Part shown: positions 38,348 through 48,073 of the stretch, piece after piece
Position numbering within the stretch: position 1 is the stretch's first letter
Layout of the letters: every line of letters starts with the position of its first letter
NCBI GenBank assembly: GCA_030698625.1
Contig: JAUYMS010000028.1
Location: 3,854 to 67,853 of the forward strand
Direction: 5' to 3'
Source of the DNA: Candidatus Omnitrophota bacterium
GTDB taxonomy: Bacteria > Omnitrophota > Omnitrophia > Omnitrophales > Aquincolibacteriaceae
Length of the DNA stretch: 64,000 nucleotides
The notes under the pieces: generated by a model
What the model was told of the DNA's origin: nothing
The model's input: the letters and a program-made list of their open reading frames with translations, nothing else
The model's database searches: none
Position numbers and translations under genes: made by a program

Positions 38348-38349
38348 TC

Positions 38350-39882
38350 ATGAAGACATCAAGCGGTGGTCGCGCGCGAATCGCCAAGGATGCGGGTTTG
38401 TATCTAGCCGGATCTTATGGCGCTCAGTTCTTTGATATCATTAACGGAATTCTTATCCGGCGATTTCTCGGACCGGAGAATATGGGCATCTGGGCGTTCC
38501 TTCAGGTAATTTTGAATTACGCGAAGCATTCGGCGCTGGGTGTTACGGCGGCAACATCAAGAGATGTGCCGTATTACCGCCGCAAAGGTGAAAATGACAA
38601 GGCCGAACGCGTTAAGAACATGGTGTTTAGTTTCACGGTTGTTACAGCTACGTTAGCCGGGCTGGGGGTTATCGTCTATGCGTTGATGAATCGAGATAAA
38701 TATGATACCCCATTCTTTTTCGGCCTTGTGGTAATAGGAATCCTTATCGTCTTGCAGCGTCTGTTTAATCTCCACATAGTTCTGCTGCGCGCCCTCAAGG
38801 AATTTGCATTCGCCTCTACGGCCAATGTTTGTTCTAGTGTGCTTACGGTCCTGTTCACGGTGAGTTTGGTTTGGCGTTTCGGGCTCTATGGTCTTTTTGC
38901 AGGGCTTATCTTGAACTATATCCTGATGATTGCCGGCATCAGCATTAAATCGGGAATTCGTTTCCGTTTTATTTTCCGATTCGGGGAGTTGTCTCCGATA
39001 TTTAGCCTTGGTTTTGCCATGTTGGTATACGGTGTACTCACAACGATTTTGATGAGTGTGGACCGTATCATGATTACGAAGTATATGGGTTTTGAGGCTC
39101 TCGGGATTTACAGTATCGCGCTGATGGCGGGCAATTATCTTTTTAGTTTGCCGACAATGCTGGCCGTGGCTTTCTCCCCGTATTTACAAGAGGCCTATGC
39201 GGAAAGAGATGTCGCGAAGGATCTGGAGAAATTCCTCGTGGTGCCGACACTGGTGATTGGGTATCTTTTTCCGTGCCTCATCGCTCTTGTGTGGGTGGTG
39301 TCGGACTGGCTCATTCCGTTGCTTTTGCCCGCCTATGTCGCCGGCATTCCTGCCCTTAAGTGTCTTATCCTAAGCAGCTTTTTTCGAGGCCTCTTGCACC
39401 CGTTTCTTTCTTTTTTTGTGACAGTTCGAAAACACTGGCACCTATGCCCTATCCAGGGATTTCTGGCACTCTTATGCTTCGGGCTGACTTGGGCCTTTAT
39501 GAAGAGCGGGATGGGATTGCTGGGGGTGGCTCTCGCAAGCGTGATTACGTACGGATTGGGGTTTGGGCTTATTTCGGCCTATTGCTATCGGCGAATCCAG
39601 TCTTTGAAGAAGGCTCTTGGGATTTACATCAGGATATTCGGTGTGTTTGTTTATTTTTCGGGCGCACTGTACCTCATGGACTCTTATGCACAGACTTTTC
39701 CTCCGACGATACTTCGGTTTTCTTTGCAGTTTGCAGTGTTCATGGTGCTGATGCTGCCGTGGATATTTCTGGCGGAGAGGGAAACGAAAGCCTTAACGAC
39801 GCTAAGGGCGGTTGTGAAGAGTTGGCTCGAGAAGCGTGCTAACCGGGGAAACCCTTCAGTTCCGAACGAAGAAAGTCAATAA
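38350..39882 (+). CDS. wzx: Oligosaccharide flippase (Wzx/MOP family)
   Basis: Many TM segments; RFLGPENMG, VDRIMITKYMGFEALGIYSIA. Confidence 0.85.
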   Translation: MKTSSGGRARIAKDAGLYLAGSYGAQFFDIINGILIRRFLGPENMGIWAFLQVILNYAKHSALGVTAATSRDVPYYRRKGENDKAERVKNMVFSFTVVTATLAGLGVIVYALMNRDKYDTPFFFGLVVIGILIVLQRLFNLHIVLLRALKEFAFASTANVCSSVLTVLFTVSLVWRFGLYGLFAGLILNYILMIAGISIKSGIRFRFIFRFGELSPIFSLGFAMLVYGVLTTILMSVDRIMITKYMGFEALGIYSIALMAGNYLFSLPTMLAVAFSPYLQEAYAERDVAKDLEKFLVVPTLVIGYLFPCLIALVWVVSDWLIPLLLPAYVAGIPALKCLILSSFFRGLLHPFLSFFVTVRKHWHLCPIQGFLALLCFGLTWAFMKSGMGLLGVALASVITYGLGFGLISAYCYRRIQSLKKALGIYIRIFGVFVYFSGALYLMDSYAQTFPPTILRFSLQFAVFMVLMLPWIFLAERETKALTTLRAVVKSWLEKRANRGNPSVPNEESQ

Positions 39883-40882
39883 TAAGCCGCGTCACTTCCG
39901 CATGGCCGCTGCTATTGAGATGGGTGTCCAGGGGAAAGTAAAGAGTTCCATAATCCTCCCTGGTCCTAAAAACTCTCCAAAGACTTAGTAGCGGGATAGT
40001 CCTGCTCGCGGCGTAGCGCTCCAAATAGGTATGCGTCAGGAATTGTTCGGGTTTGAGTATCTCCTCACGGCGGGGGATGTAGATAATGGCGAATTGAATG
40101 CCTCTGCTATCGGTAAAGCCTTTGATGCGCTCAAGCCACTCTGCTGTAGCGGCAAATTCCGTGTCGGTGATTGTGTACGGGATAACGAAATTGCGCTTGA
40201 AGTTTACGACGAACGCATAGAGGGCGCTTCGGCCATAGAAAAGATGATCAAGCGTTTGGCTGATCCGGCCAAACGCCCGATAGAAAAATGAAAGAAATGG
40301 CGACGGATTATAGTGGTTTGTCTTATCAAGGGCCTTCTGAAAGTTGTCTTGAATGTCATTCTGGAAAAAACAGAGCACTACGGAATCCGGGGAGTACTTG
40401 ATCCCTTCTGACTGCAGAAAACGAAATTCATCGGCAGTTGACGAACCGGGCGCGCCGCCGTTGATAGCTTCGCCGTAGGCCGCGATCTTCTTGTTGACCC
40501 CCGCCACAAAAGTTTGGTGTTCCTCTACGCCCGTTCCGTAGGTGAATGAATCTCCGAGAAACAGGATGCGGTAGCGTGAAGGCGACTTTTCGTAGGGCGT
40601 CTCGGGATTTCGCAACCCTTTGGTGTTAATGCCGACCGTCATTTCGTACTCGCGTCTTTTGACGACTGCCTGGCTGCCCGGGATATTCCATTCTCCGAGA
40701 GTCGGGTGCTTGCCGAAAGTCGGCTGTGACGAGGGATGGCGGATGTTGAATTGATGATTGAGGAATTCGCTGCGCGCCGGCGAAGGGAATATTCGAAAAG
40801 CAATTTCGAGGAAAAGAATGAATATCAGCGTTGAAATTGCGGCTGCGGTGATGTTATTCGCTATTTTCGTTTTTGTGCTCAT
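39839..40882 (-). CDS. Membrane-anchored SGNH/GDSL hydrolase-family protein
   Basis: N-terminal TM, INTKGLR, FLGDSFT, ND, DTHLN. Confidence 0.82.
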   Translation of the reverse strand: MSTKTKIANNITAAAISTLIFILFLEIAFRIFPSPARSEFLNHQFNIRHPSSQPTFGKHPTLGEWNIPGSQAVVKRREYEMTVGINTKGLRNPETPYEKSPSRYRILFLGDSFTYGTGVEEHQTFVAGVNKKIAAYGEAINGGAPGSSTADEFRFLQSEGIKYSPDSVVLCFFQNDIQDNFQKALDKTNHYNPSPFLSFFYRAFGRISQTLDHLFYGRSALYAFVVNFKRNFVIPYTITDTEFAATAEWLERIKGFTDSRGIQFAIIYIPRREEILKPEQFLTHTYLERYAASRTIPLLSLWRVFRTREDYGTLYFPLDTHLNSSGHAEVTRLIIDFLRSELKGFPG

Positions 40883-43368
40883 GCCGCTATTTTTTTCCGC
40901 CCCGCTTTTTTCCGCTTCGTAGTTTTTGACGCCCATAGAAAGAGGCATGCGCTGACGACCAGTCCCGCGCCGTACGGCACCCGCGGGAATGGATCGAGAT
41001 AAAAACGGACGACATGATTACCGGGTGGAACACGGACGGCCCTAAAGGCGTGATAGGCAATGTAGAGCGGTGTGTCCCTGCCGTCAAGAGTGCTTTTCCA
41101 GCCCGGATGATAGGTGTCTGTGAGGACAAGGATCCTTTCATCGTCTGTGTGAACTTCAACTTCAACTCGGTGGGGGGTGTACTCGGCGATCGTCACCTTA
41201 TCCTCGGCTGAGAGCGCCTTGGAACTGATTGCGGGGGCGTTTTTACCTTCGAGTATGGCTACTTCTCGCGGATCAGTGCTGCTGTCTTCGAGCCATGCCA
41301 ATGATTGAGCCGCATCTCGCGCGACGGCGGACTCGGCAACCAGAAATGCGCGGTCCAGTGCATTCCGGTTCTGGTAAACGAGAAATTCCGTGTCTTCAAA
41401 AACGGGAGTGCGCCCCGGGAGAATATCGGGCTTTGTTGTTATGACGTATTTCACGTTAAGTAGATCTGCGAGCTGATCATCGTACTGGTAAATGTCATGA
41501 AGGCGGATGGTATCAATCGCCTCATTGTGCGCAAGCAGTTTGAAGACATCGCTGTAGCGCCTTAGCGTCAGCGCTTGATACCCGTGAACGGAAGACAGGC
41601 CATGCACTAACTGCTGATCCGCGGGAAGGAACTGGGTGTGCCCCCAGGGGAAACCGACCTCGTCCCTGGGTTTCAAGGAGAGGAAGCGGAAGTATGACGC
41701 GTCTTGTTTGAGAAAGGCGATCGTTGGGTTGACGGGATACGCAGTGTTACGCGGCACGAGAGTGTTGAACGGGAGGGGGTGGGCCACAAAGCCATCCCAT
41801 ATCACCATTCCAAAGAAAACAATACCAAGTACGAGTCTTGGGGCCTTCCGTTTTTTGAAAGTCACAAACAGAACAGTGCCTGCCCCGTAGAGGATAAGCG
41901 GTACGAATATAGCCGGGGATCGCCAGTTTGCCCATGTCTCGAGCCATAGGAGAAAGTCAGTTATGCGCTCACGGTAAAAACTCTCGGTCTGTTGATAAGC
42001 GCCGCGCGTCATGATGAAGCCGAGCGTCTTTTCATGGAGAGCTTCGAGCGCAAAAGAATTAATAGCCATAACGATAAGATCCTTGATCAGAAAAAACGCG
42101 AGGAGGATCAAGAGAAATCTTGCGAATCGCCTCACCCAAGTTGCGGCCAGGGTATGCGGTGAACTTGTAACCGTGATACTGTTCATAAAGGCGGCCATGC
42201 CGGCGGCCGCAAGAATGGGTATCGTGACGGTCGTGAGCACAGTCATCCGTTGCGTGTTGATGAGCATGTTGACGAGCGGGATATCACGCAAGAGCGGCAA
42301 GATAAATACCTCGCCGCCCAGCACATAAGCGAGTGTGGCAAGAAAGGTAATCCAGTGCGGCAGCAGCCACGCGGTGATCTTGCGGGCAGACCAGGCGCAG
42401 CAAATAAAGAAAGCGGCAAACAGCCCCGGGTACCAGAAGTCGTGCAGACGGATCTTCCGCCCTGACATTGCAACGCCGATCGCTTGCATGAGCCGATCAT
42501 GAATGTGAGGGGATTGGATTGAATGGTGTGTCAGAAAGTCCGGAAATAGTACGGTTAAAAGACTGAAAGGACTGATGAAAAGCGGGGTCGTTTCCGCCAA
42601 CGTCTCGCGCGTCGAGTTTAATCCCACGACGCCGAGAATATAGGTCCGAAACCACACCACGGATAGAAACGTCACTATGTAAGTTAACGCATAGAAGAAT
42701 AGCTGCCGTCTGCCGCCCGCCGACTCATCATTTGATTGCAGAATCCGAATAAAGAAGTAGACGGTAGCGATGGGGATGAGATAAATAGGGTAATTGGCAT
42801 GGGAGCCCAGGAAGAGCAAGGCAGTGCTTGCTGTGGCGAGAAGTAAATAACGCGTCCTTCTGGTTTCGATGAGGCACTCGAAGAAGAGCAGCACCAACGG
42901 GAATAAGAAGAGTTGAATCTGGGGTTCCACGAGACAATCGGTGACCCATTCCGATCGCATGAAAAGAATGGCTCCAAAGAGACTCGCGATGCGGTGCCCT
43001 GTCATTCGCGATAAGTAGGCATACATGCAGAGTCCGGCGAGGAGATACGTCAAAATGAAAATAAGAAACCAAGCGGTTTCCGTCTGAAACAATAGAATGA
43101 GCGGCATAAACAAAAGCCAGGCGGGATTCGATACAGCCGTGTCCGCCATGTTGCCGGCCACCGATCCTGTGACCCACCACACGGGGAAATGGCCGGCCAA
43201 TGCCCAACGCTTGAAATAGGCCATGGCAGGGTAGGACATGAATCGCCCGTCCGTATGTAGCGGCATCGTCCCGGAAACGATCGGCTCCCAGAACACGACA
43301 AGAGAGACAGCCGCTAGCACGACGAGGCTCAGCGCAAGTTCGTAGGATTTTTTGGTGGAATGGCTCAT
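40879..43368 (-). CDS. YfhO-family multi-pass membrane protein
   Basis: Multi-TM protein; LLNVKY, LTDTYHPGW, FRAVRVPPGNHVV. Confidence 0.8.
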   Translation of the reverse strand: MSHSTKKSYELALSLVVLAAVSLVVFWEPIVSGTMPLHTDGRFMSYPAMAYFKRWALAGHFPVWWVTGSVAGNMADTAVSNPAWLLFMPLILLFQTETAWFLIFILTYLLAGLCMYAYLSRMTGHRIASLFGAILFMRSEWVTDCLVEPQIQLFLFPLVLLFFECLIETRRTRYLLLATASTALLFLGSHANYPIYLIPIATVYFFIRILQSNDESAGGRRQLFFYALTYIVTFLSVVWFRTYILGVVGLNSTRETLAETTPLFISPFSLLTVLFPDFLTHHSIQSPHIHDRLMQAIGVAMSGRKIRLHDFWYPGLFAAFFICCAWSARKITAWLLPHWITFLATLAYVLGGEVFILPLLRDIPLVNMLINTQRMTVLTTVTIPILAAAGMAAFMNSITVTSSPHTLAATWVRRFARFLLILLAFFLIKDLIVMAINSFALEALHEKTLGFIMTRGAYQQTESFYRERITDFLLWLETWANWRSPAIFVPLILYGAGTVLFVTFKKRKAPRLVLGIVFFGMVIWDGFVAHPLPFNTLVPRNTAYPVNPTIAFLKQDASYFRFLSLKPRDEVGFPWGHTQFLPADQQLVHGLSSVHGYQALTLRRYSDVFKLLAHNEAIDTIRLHDIYQYDDQLADLLNVKYVITTKPDILPGRTPVFEDTEFLVYQNRNALDRAFLVAESAVARDAAQSLAWLEDSSTDPREVAILEGKNAPAISSKALSAEDKVTIAEYTPHRVEVEVHTDDERILVLTDTYHPGWKSTLDGRDTPLYIAYHAFRAVRVPPGNHVVRFYLDPFPRVPYGAGLVVSACLFLWASKTTKRKKAGRKKIAA

Positions 43369-43388
43369 GGTGATAACTGTAACGGCAG

Positions 43389-43417
43389 ATGATACTTGAT
43401 TCGATCGGGAACCTCAA
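43389..43417 (-). promoter_or_regulatory. Possible sigma70 promoter TTGAGG-N17-TATCAT
   Basis: Divergent intergenic region upstream of the minus-strand YfhO-like gene. Confidence 0.4.
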
Positions 43418-43424
43418 GAACATG

Positions 43425-43453
43425 TGGTCAAGGTGGGATTTGACTCCTATAAT
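43425..43453 (+). promoter_or_regulatory. Sigma70-like promoter TGGTCA-N17-TATAAT (leaderless spacing)
   Basis: Consensus -10 box only 6 nt upstream of the ATG at 43460. Confidence 0.55.
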
Positions 43454-43459
43454 AAAAAG

Positions 43460-44683
43460 ATGAAAAAAGCCGAAAAGAACAGTACCCGGAACTGGATGCT
43501 CCTCGCGGCGGCTGTCGTCGCTCCACTCCTAATTGCTGAAATTGCATTGCACGGGTTTATCCCGGCAGCAGATCGGCCGGAGGCTTTTGCTCATCAGTTA
43601 AGCGAAAACCCCAAACTCTTTTATGATCCTGTGCCGAGAGCGAGTCGGGAAGTCACCTATTTTGAGGGGACCGTGGATGAGACCGCGGTCCGTTATGAGA
43701 TCAATGCGGCCGGTTTCCGGGATCGGGATTATTCGGTCAAGCCGCCTAGCGGCGTGGAGCGAATTGTTTTTCTTGGAGATTCGATTGTTTTTGGTTTTTC
43801 AGTAGACGGGCACGACGCTATGCCTAAACAGCTGGAACAGCGATTTCGGGATCATGATGATGCGACGCAAGTTCTTAATATGGGGGTATCGGGTTATGAC
43901 ACCGAGCAGGAGGTGGAATTTTTTAAGGTCAAAGGCGCCGCGTATGAACCGGATCTGGTTGTTGTGGGGTACGCATTGAATGATGCCCGTTATGCCTCGT
44001 GGGAACTCGATGTCTTACGGAATAATTGGGAGGCATTTGTCCGGCAGCCTGCGACGAACATTCGAACAAAGACCCTAGCATTCCTATTCAAAAACTCCCG
44101 AATCCTCGATCTTCTCAACCGACAATTTCATATTCAGAAGAGGGCATCATTCCTTCAGGCCTATCCGCTACTGTTTGATTTCGTTGAGGAGAAGTACTTG
44201 AGTCAGCGAGATCCGGAAGGGAGCCCGTATCGCCGTTTGGAAGCACTCATACAGCAAGAGGCGACTCGCCTGGGGACACCCGAACCGGCTCTCAACTACA
44301 TGATGCAGGGCATCGGTTTCCGTAATGAGAATCCTGTATTCTCATCGCACTGGCAGTTGAGTGAAGCCGCTTTTCGGGATCTGGCCCAGTTGTCGAAAGA
44401 GCGGGGGTTTGGCGTTGCGGTGGTACTATGGCCGCTCATGAGTTCCATGGCGACGTATCCGCTGGGTCCCTTGCATCAGTTTTTGCGAGTTAAGTTGGAG
44501 GCGATGGGCTTTGAAGTCATTGACCCGAAAGACTATCTGCAAGAACTCTGGATGAGTCATGGCGATAAATTGAGTCTCGACGGTATCCATTTTACACCCT
44601 GGGCGAATGAGAAAATCTCGAACTTCCTTTATCCCCGAATAAGAGACATTCTGAGGGCTCAAGCCTCAGATAATGATGGCTAG
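43460..44683 (+). CDS. Membrane-anchored SGNH/GDSL hydrolase-family protein
   Basis: N-terminal TM, INAAGFRD, FLGDSIV, NMGVSGY, DGIHFT. Confidence 0.82.
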   Translation: MKKAEKNSTRNWMLLAAAVVAPLLIAEIALHGFIPAADRPEAFAHQLSENPKLFYDPVPRASREVTYFEGTVDETAVRYEINAAGFRDRDYSVKPPSGVERIVFLGDSIVFGFSVDGHDAMPKQLEQRFRDHDDATQVLNMGVSGYDTEQEVEFFKVKGAAYEPDLVVVGYALNDARYASWELDVLRNNWEAFVRQPATNIRTKTLAFLFKNSRILDLLNRQFHIQKRASFLQAYPLLFDFVEEKYLSQRDPEGSPYRRLEALIQQEATRLGTPEPALNYMMQGIGFRNENPVFSSHWQLSEAAFRDLAQLSKERGFGVAVVLWPLMSSMATYPLGPLHQFLRVKLEAMGFEVIDPKDYLQELWMSHGDKLSLDGIHFTPWANEKISNFLYPRIRDILRAQASDNDG

Positions 44684-44697
44684 GCCAGTTATTAGTC

Positions 44698-44723
44698 GTA
44701 AGGCTTTATGATTAATAGGCTTA
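44698..44723. promoter_or_regulatory. Inverted-repeat site GTAAG-N17-CTTA (copy 2)
   Basis: GTAAGGCTTTATGATTAATAGGCTTA; same arms and spacer length as the copy at 17341. Confidence 0.45.
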
Positions 44724-44765
44724 TGACGCCGGCATGAAGCGCCTAAATGGTCGAATAAGGGGTCC

Positions 44766-44794
44766 TTTACAGCCCTCAAGATTTCCTGTAAAAT
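44766..44794 (+). promoter_or_regulatory. Sigma70-like promoter TTTACA-N17-TAAAAT
   Basis: 5/6 matches in both boxes, 17-bp spacer, upstream of a long operon. Confidence 0.6.
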
Positions 44795-44901
44795 ACGTCG
44801 CTTCAAGCATTTATCGCAGATTTCGCGGGTCGGTGAGTGCTCACCCCGAAGCGTTGTGAATTCCCGCCAAAATACCGTAAGGAGCTCAAAGGATTTTGAG
44901 A

Positions 44902-45909
44902 ATGCAGAATTGTCTTGTTACAGGTGGTGCAGGTTTTATTGGAAGTCATTTGGTAGAGCGCTTGTTGCGTGACGGTCACCGAGTGACTGTGCTGGATAAC
45001 CTTAGTACAGGTCGCCTGAGCAATCTGTCGTTTGCGCAAGATAATACCTCTCTGACTTTTCATCAACAGGATGTCGCGGAGGCGTCTGCCATTGAGGGGT
45101 TCTTCAGCGGAGTTGATTGGGTGTTTCACTTGGCGGCGTTAGCAGATATTGTCCCGTCGATAGAGCGGCCGCTTGATTACCATCGCGCGAATGTCGACGG
45201 TACGGTTGCTGTGCTGGAAGCTTCGCGAAAGGCGGGAGTTAAAAGATTCGTCTACACGGCGTCATCTTCCTGTTACGGCATCCCCGATAAATACCCTACT
45301 CCCGAGTCCGCGCCTATTCGTCCCCAATACCCCTATGCCCTAACCAAATACATCGGCGAGACGACAGCGATGCACTGGACGCAGGTATACGGGTTGCCCG
45401 TTGTGTCTCTGCGGCTCTTTAACGTTTATGGACCGCGGTCGCGGACATCAGGAACATATGGCGCCGTATTTGGAGTGTTTTTGGCCCAGAAGCTTGCCGG
45501 TAAGCCATTTACGGTTGTTGGTGACGGAAAACAAACGAGGGACTTCACTTTTGTCTCGGATGTGGTTGATGCCTTCGTCGCAGCGGCGGCTTCAGATAAG
45601 TCCGGTGAGATCTTGAACATTGGTTCGGGCAATACGTACAGCGTTAATCTTCTGGTGAGTCTCCTGGGCGGAGAGGTTGTTTATATTCCCAAGCGCCCAG
45701 GGGAGCCCGACTGCACGTTTGCGGACACGGCAAGGATCCGCGACGTGCTCTCATGGACTCCGCGAGTCAGTTTTGAAGAGGGCGTCCAAGTGATGCTCGA
45801 CAATATCGAATGTTGGCGGGAGGCCCCTGTCTGGAACGAGTCGTCCATCGCTGAAGCGACACGGGGTTGGTTCCAATATCTTAGTCCCGAAGGAGCTTCG
45901 AAGCAATGA
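44902..45909 (+). CDS. NAD-dependent nucleotide-sugar epimerase/dehydratase
   Basis: TGGAGFIG, ASSSCYG, YALTK, NVYGPR. Confidence 0.9.
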   Translation: MQNCLVTGGAGFIGSHLVERLLRDGHRVTVLDNLSTGRLSNLSFAQDNTSLTFHQQDVAEASAIEGFFSGVDWVFHLAALADIVPSIERPLDYHRANVDGTVAVLEASRKAGVKRFVYTASSSCYGIPDKYPTPESAPIRPQYPYALTKYIGETTAMHWTQVYGLPVVSLRLFNVYGPRSRTSGTYGAVFGVFLAQKLAGKPFTVVGDGKQTRDFTFVSDVVDAFVAAAASDKSGEILNIGSGNTYSVNLLVSLLGGEVVYIPKRPGEPDCTFADTARIRDVLSWTPRVSFEEGVQVMLDNIECWREAPVWNESSIAEATRGWFQYLSPEGASKQ

Positions 45910-47447
45910 CCACCAAACTGGAAATTATTAAAGAAAAGATTTTCGAGATCGACCGCATCGATGGCGAACTGGATGCAGCGCGTAGCCAAGGGAAAAAGGT
46001 CGTGCAATGCCACGGGGTTTTTGACCTTCTTCACATCGGTCATATTCGGCACTTAAACAGGGCCAAGAAGATGGGGGATGTGCTCGTTGTTTCGATTACG
46101 CCGGACCGCTTTGTGAACAAGGGCCCCCACCGCCCCGCGTTTCCGGACCAATTGCGCGCGGAGGCTATTGCCGCGCTCGACTGTGTCGACTATGTCGTGA
46201 TCAACAACTGGCCCAAGGCAATTGAAGCAATCAAGCTCATCAAGCCGGATATGTACGTCAAAGGACGTGACTACCGTGATGCGGCCAAGGATCACACCGG
46301 CGGAATTTTGGAAGAAGAGTCGGCCGTGCAATCGATCGGCGGCAAGCTCGTCTTCACCGATGAGATTGAGTTCAGTTCCACAAGCCTGATCAATCAGCAC
46401 CTCGGCGTTTTTCCGAAAGAAGTCACGCAGTATCTGACCGATTTTGCCAAGCGCTATTCCTCAGACGATGTGATCGGATTTATCAAGCAAGAGCAGCCCC
46501 TTAAGGTCCTGGTAATCGGTGAGGCCATTGTCGACGAGTATCAGTATTGTGAAGCCATCGGGAAGTCATCGAAAGAGCCCATGCTTGCGGTTAAGCGTCT
46601 TTCGACGGAAAAATTTGCGGGGGGTATCTTGGCGGTTGCCAATCACGTCGCGAATTTCTGCGATGAAGTCGGCCTTGTCACAATGCTGGGCACGAGGCAT
46701 TCTCAGGAAGAGTTTATCCGAGAGAAGATGAACGAGAAAATCCACAATGTGTTCCTCTATCGAGAGGATTCGCCCACGATTGTGAAGCGCCGCTTTGTGG
46801 AGAGCTACTTCTTTACGAAGATGATGGAACTCTATGAGATTAACGATGGCTTGCTCACAGTTGAAGACAATCGCGCACTTTGCAAAGCCCTTGAGGCCGA
46901 GGTTCCTAGGTATGACGTTGTGATCGTTGTTGATTTCGGGCATGGCCTGATGAGTTCGGACGCGGTTAAAGTTATTTGCGATAAAGCCAAGTTTTTGGCC
47001 GTTAACGCGCAGTCGAATGCCGGCAATATCGGATACCAGACGATTTTAAAATACCCTCGAGCGGATTATATTTGCATGGCCGAGAATGAGATTCGAATGG
47101 AAGCGCGTGACCGGCGAGGTGACCTGAGACAGATGATTATCGACTTAGCGAAGAAAGTTAAATGTGAGCGTATTACGGTGACCCGCGGTAAAAACGGGTG
47201 TTTGTGCTATTGCCGTGAGGAAGGTTTTTCGGAAGTCCCGGCATTTGCCGGCCAAGTACTTGACCGCATGGGTGCGGGCGATTCATTTCTTTCGCTGACC
47301 TCGGGGTTGGTTGCCCGAAAAGTGCCCACCGAAGTTGTGGGCTTTGTTGGGAATGTAACTGGGGCACAAGCGGTGGCTACGGTGGGCCATCGGCGTTCCG
47401 TGGAACGTGCGCCGCTTTTTAAGCACATCGAATCATTGCTGAAGTAA
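45906..47447 (+). CDS. Bifunctional nucleotidyltransferase + PfkB kinase (HldE/RfaE-like, reversed domain order)
   Basis: N-terminal HGVFDLLHIGH and KGRDY; C-terminal DFGHG, DRMGAGD. Confidence 0.88.
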   Translation: MTTKLEIIKEKIFEIDRIDGELDAARSQGKKVVQCHGVFDLLHIGHIRHLNRAKKMGDVLVVSITPDRFVNKGPHRPAFPDQLRAEAIAALDCVDYVVINNWPKAIEAIKLIKPDMYVKGRDYRDAAKDHTGGILEEESAVQSIGGKLVFTDEIEFSSTSLINQHLGVFPKEVTQYLTDFAKRYSSDDVIGFIKQEQPLKVLVIGEAIVDEYQYCEAIGKSSKEPMLAVKRLSTEKFAGGILAVANHVANFCDEVGLVTMLGTRHSQEEFIREKMNEKIHNVFLYREDSPTIVKRRFVESYFFTKMMELYEINDGLLTVEDNRALCKALEAEVPRYDVVIVVDFGHGLMSSDAVKVICDKAKFLAVNAQSNAGNIGYQTILKYPRADYICMAENEIRMEARDRRGDLRQMIIDLAKKVKCERITVTRGKNGCLCYCREEGFSEVPAFAGQVLDRMGAGDSFLSLTSGLVARKVPTEVVGFVGNVTGAQAVATVGHRRSVERAPLFKHIESLLK

Positions 47448-47459
47448 AGGGAGAACCCA

Positions 47460-48071
47460 ATGGATTTTCAGTATCTGCCGATCACGAATTACCTTCGGCG
47501 TCTTGGGGAAATTGCCTTATGGACGGAGGTGAACGCCGGTGCGGGAGAGAACACGAATGCTATTTCGCTGGATGACGGCTCGAAGCGGGCGGTGCAGATG
47601 ATTCTGGACGCCAAGTTTGGGCAATCGAAGATCATGCTGGTCGGTAACGGTGGAAGTGCCGCGATCGTCAGTCACATGCAAAACGATCTCTGCGATTCCG
47701 TCAAAGCCCGGGCGATGGTCTTTAACGAGCCGCCTTTCTTGACTGCCGTATCGAATGACCACGGATACGCGACGTTTTTTGAAGACGCTGTGAAACTCTG
47801 GGCAGAGCCCGGAGATGTACTGATTGCAATCAGCAGCTCAGGGAAGTCCGAGAATATTCTGCGCGCGGTGCGTGCGGCTCGGGCCAAAGATTCAGAAGTG
47901 ATCACCCTGTCGGGATTCGATGAGAAGAACCCGCTAAGAAGTTTGGGTGACCTCAACTTTTATGTGCCTGCAAATGAATACGGTATTGTCGAAACGGCGC
48001 ACGGAATCCTATGCCACTATATGAGCGACGCTGCTCTGGCAGCTTTAAACGTGCCGAGGCCGGTCGCTTAA
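47460..48071 (+). CDS. SIS-domain phosphosugar isomerase (GmhA-like)
   Basis: GNGGSAAIVSH, TAVSND, ISSSGKSEN. Confidence 0.85.
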   Translation: MDFQYLPITNYLRRLGEIALWTEVNAGAGENTNAISLDDGSKRAVQMILDAKFGQSKIMLVGNGGSAAIVSHMQNDLCDSVKARAMVFNEPPFLTAVSNDHGYATFFEDAVKLWAEPGDVLIAISSSGKSENILRAVRAARAKDSEVITLSGFDEKNPLRSLGDLNFYVPANEYGIVETAHGILCHYMSDAALAALNVPRPVA

Positions 48072-48073
48072 GC

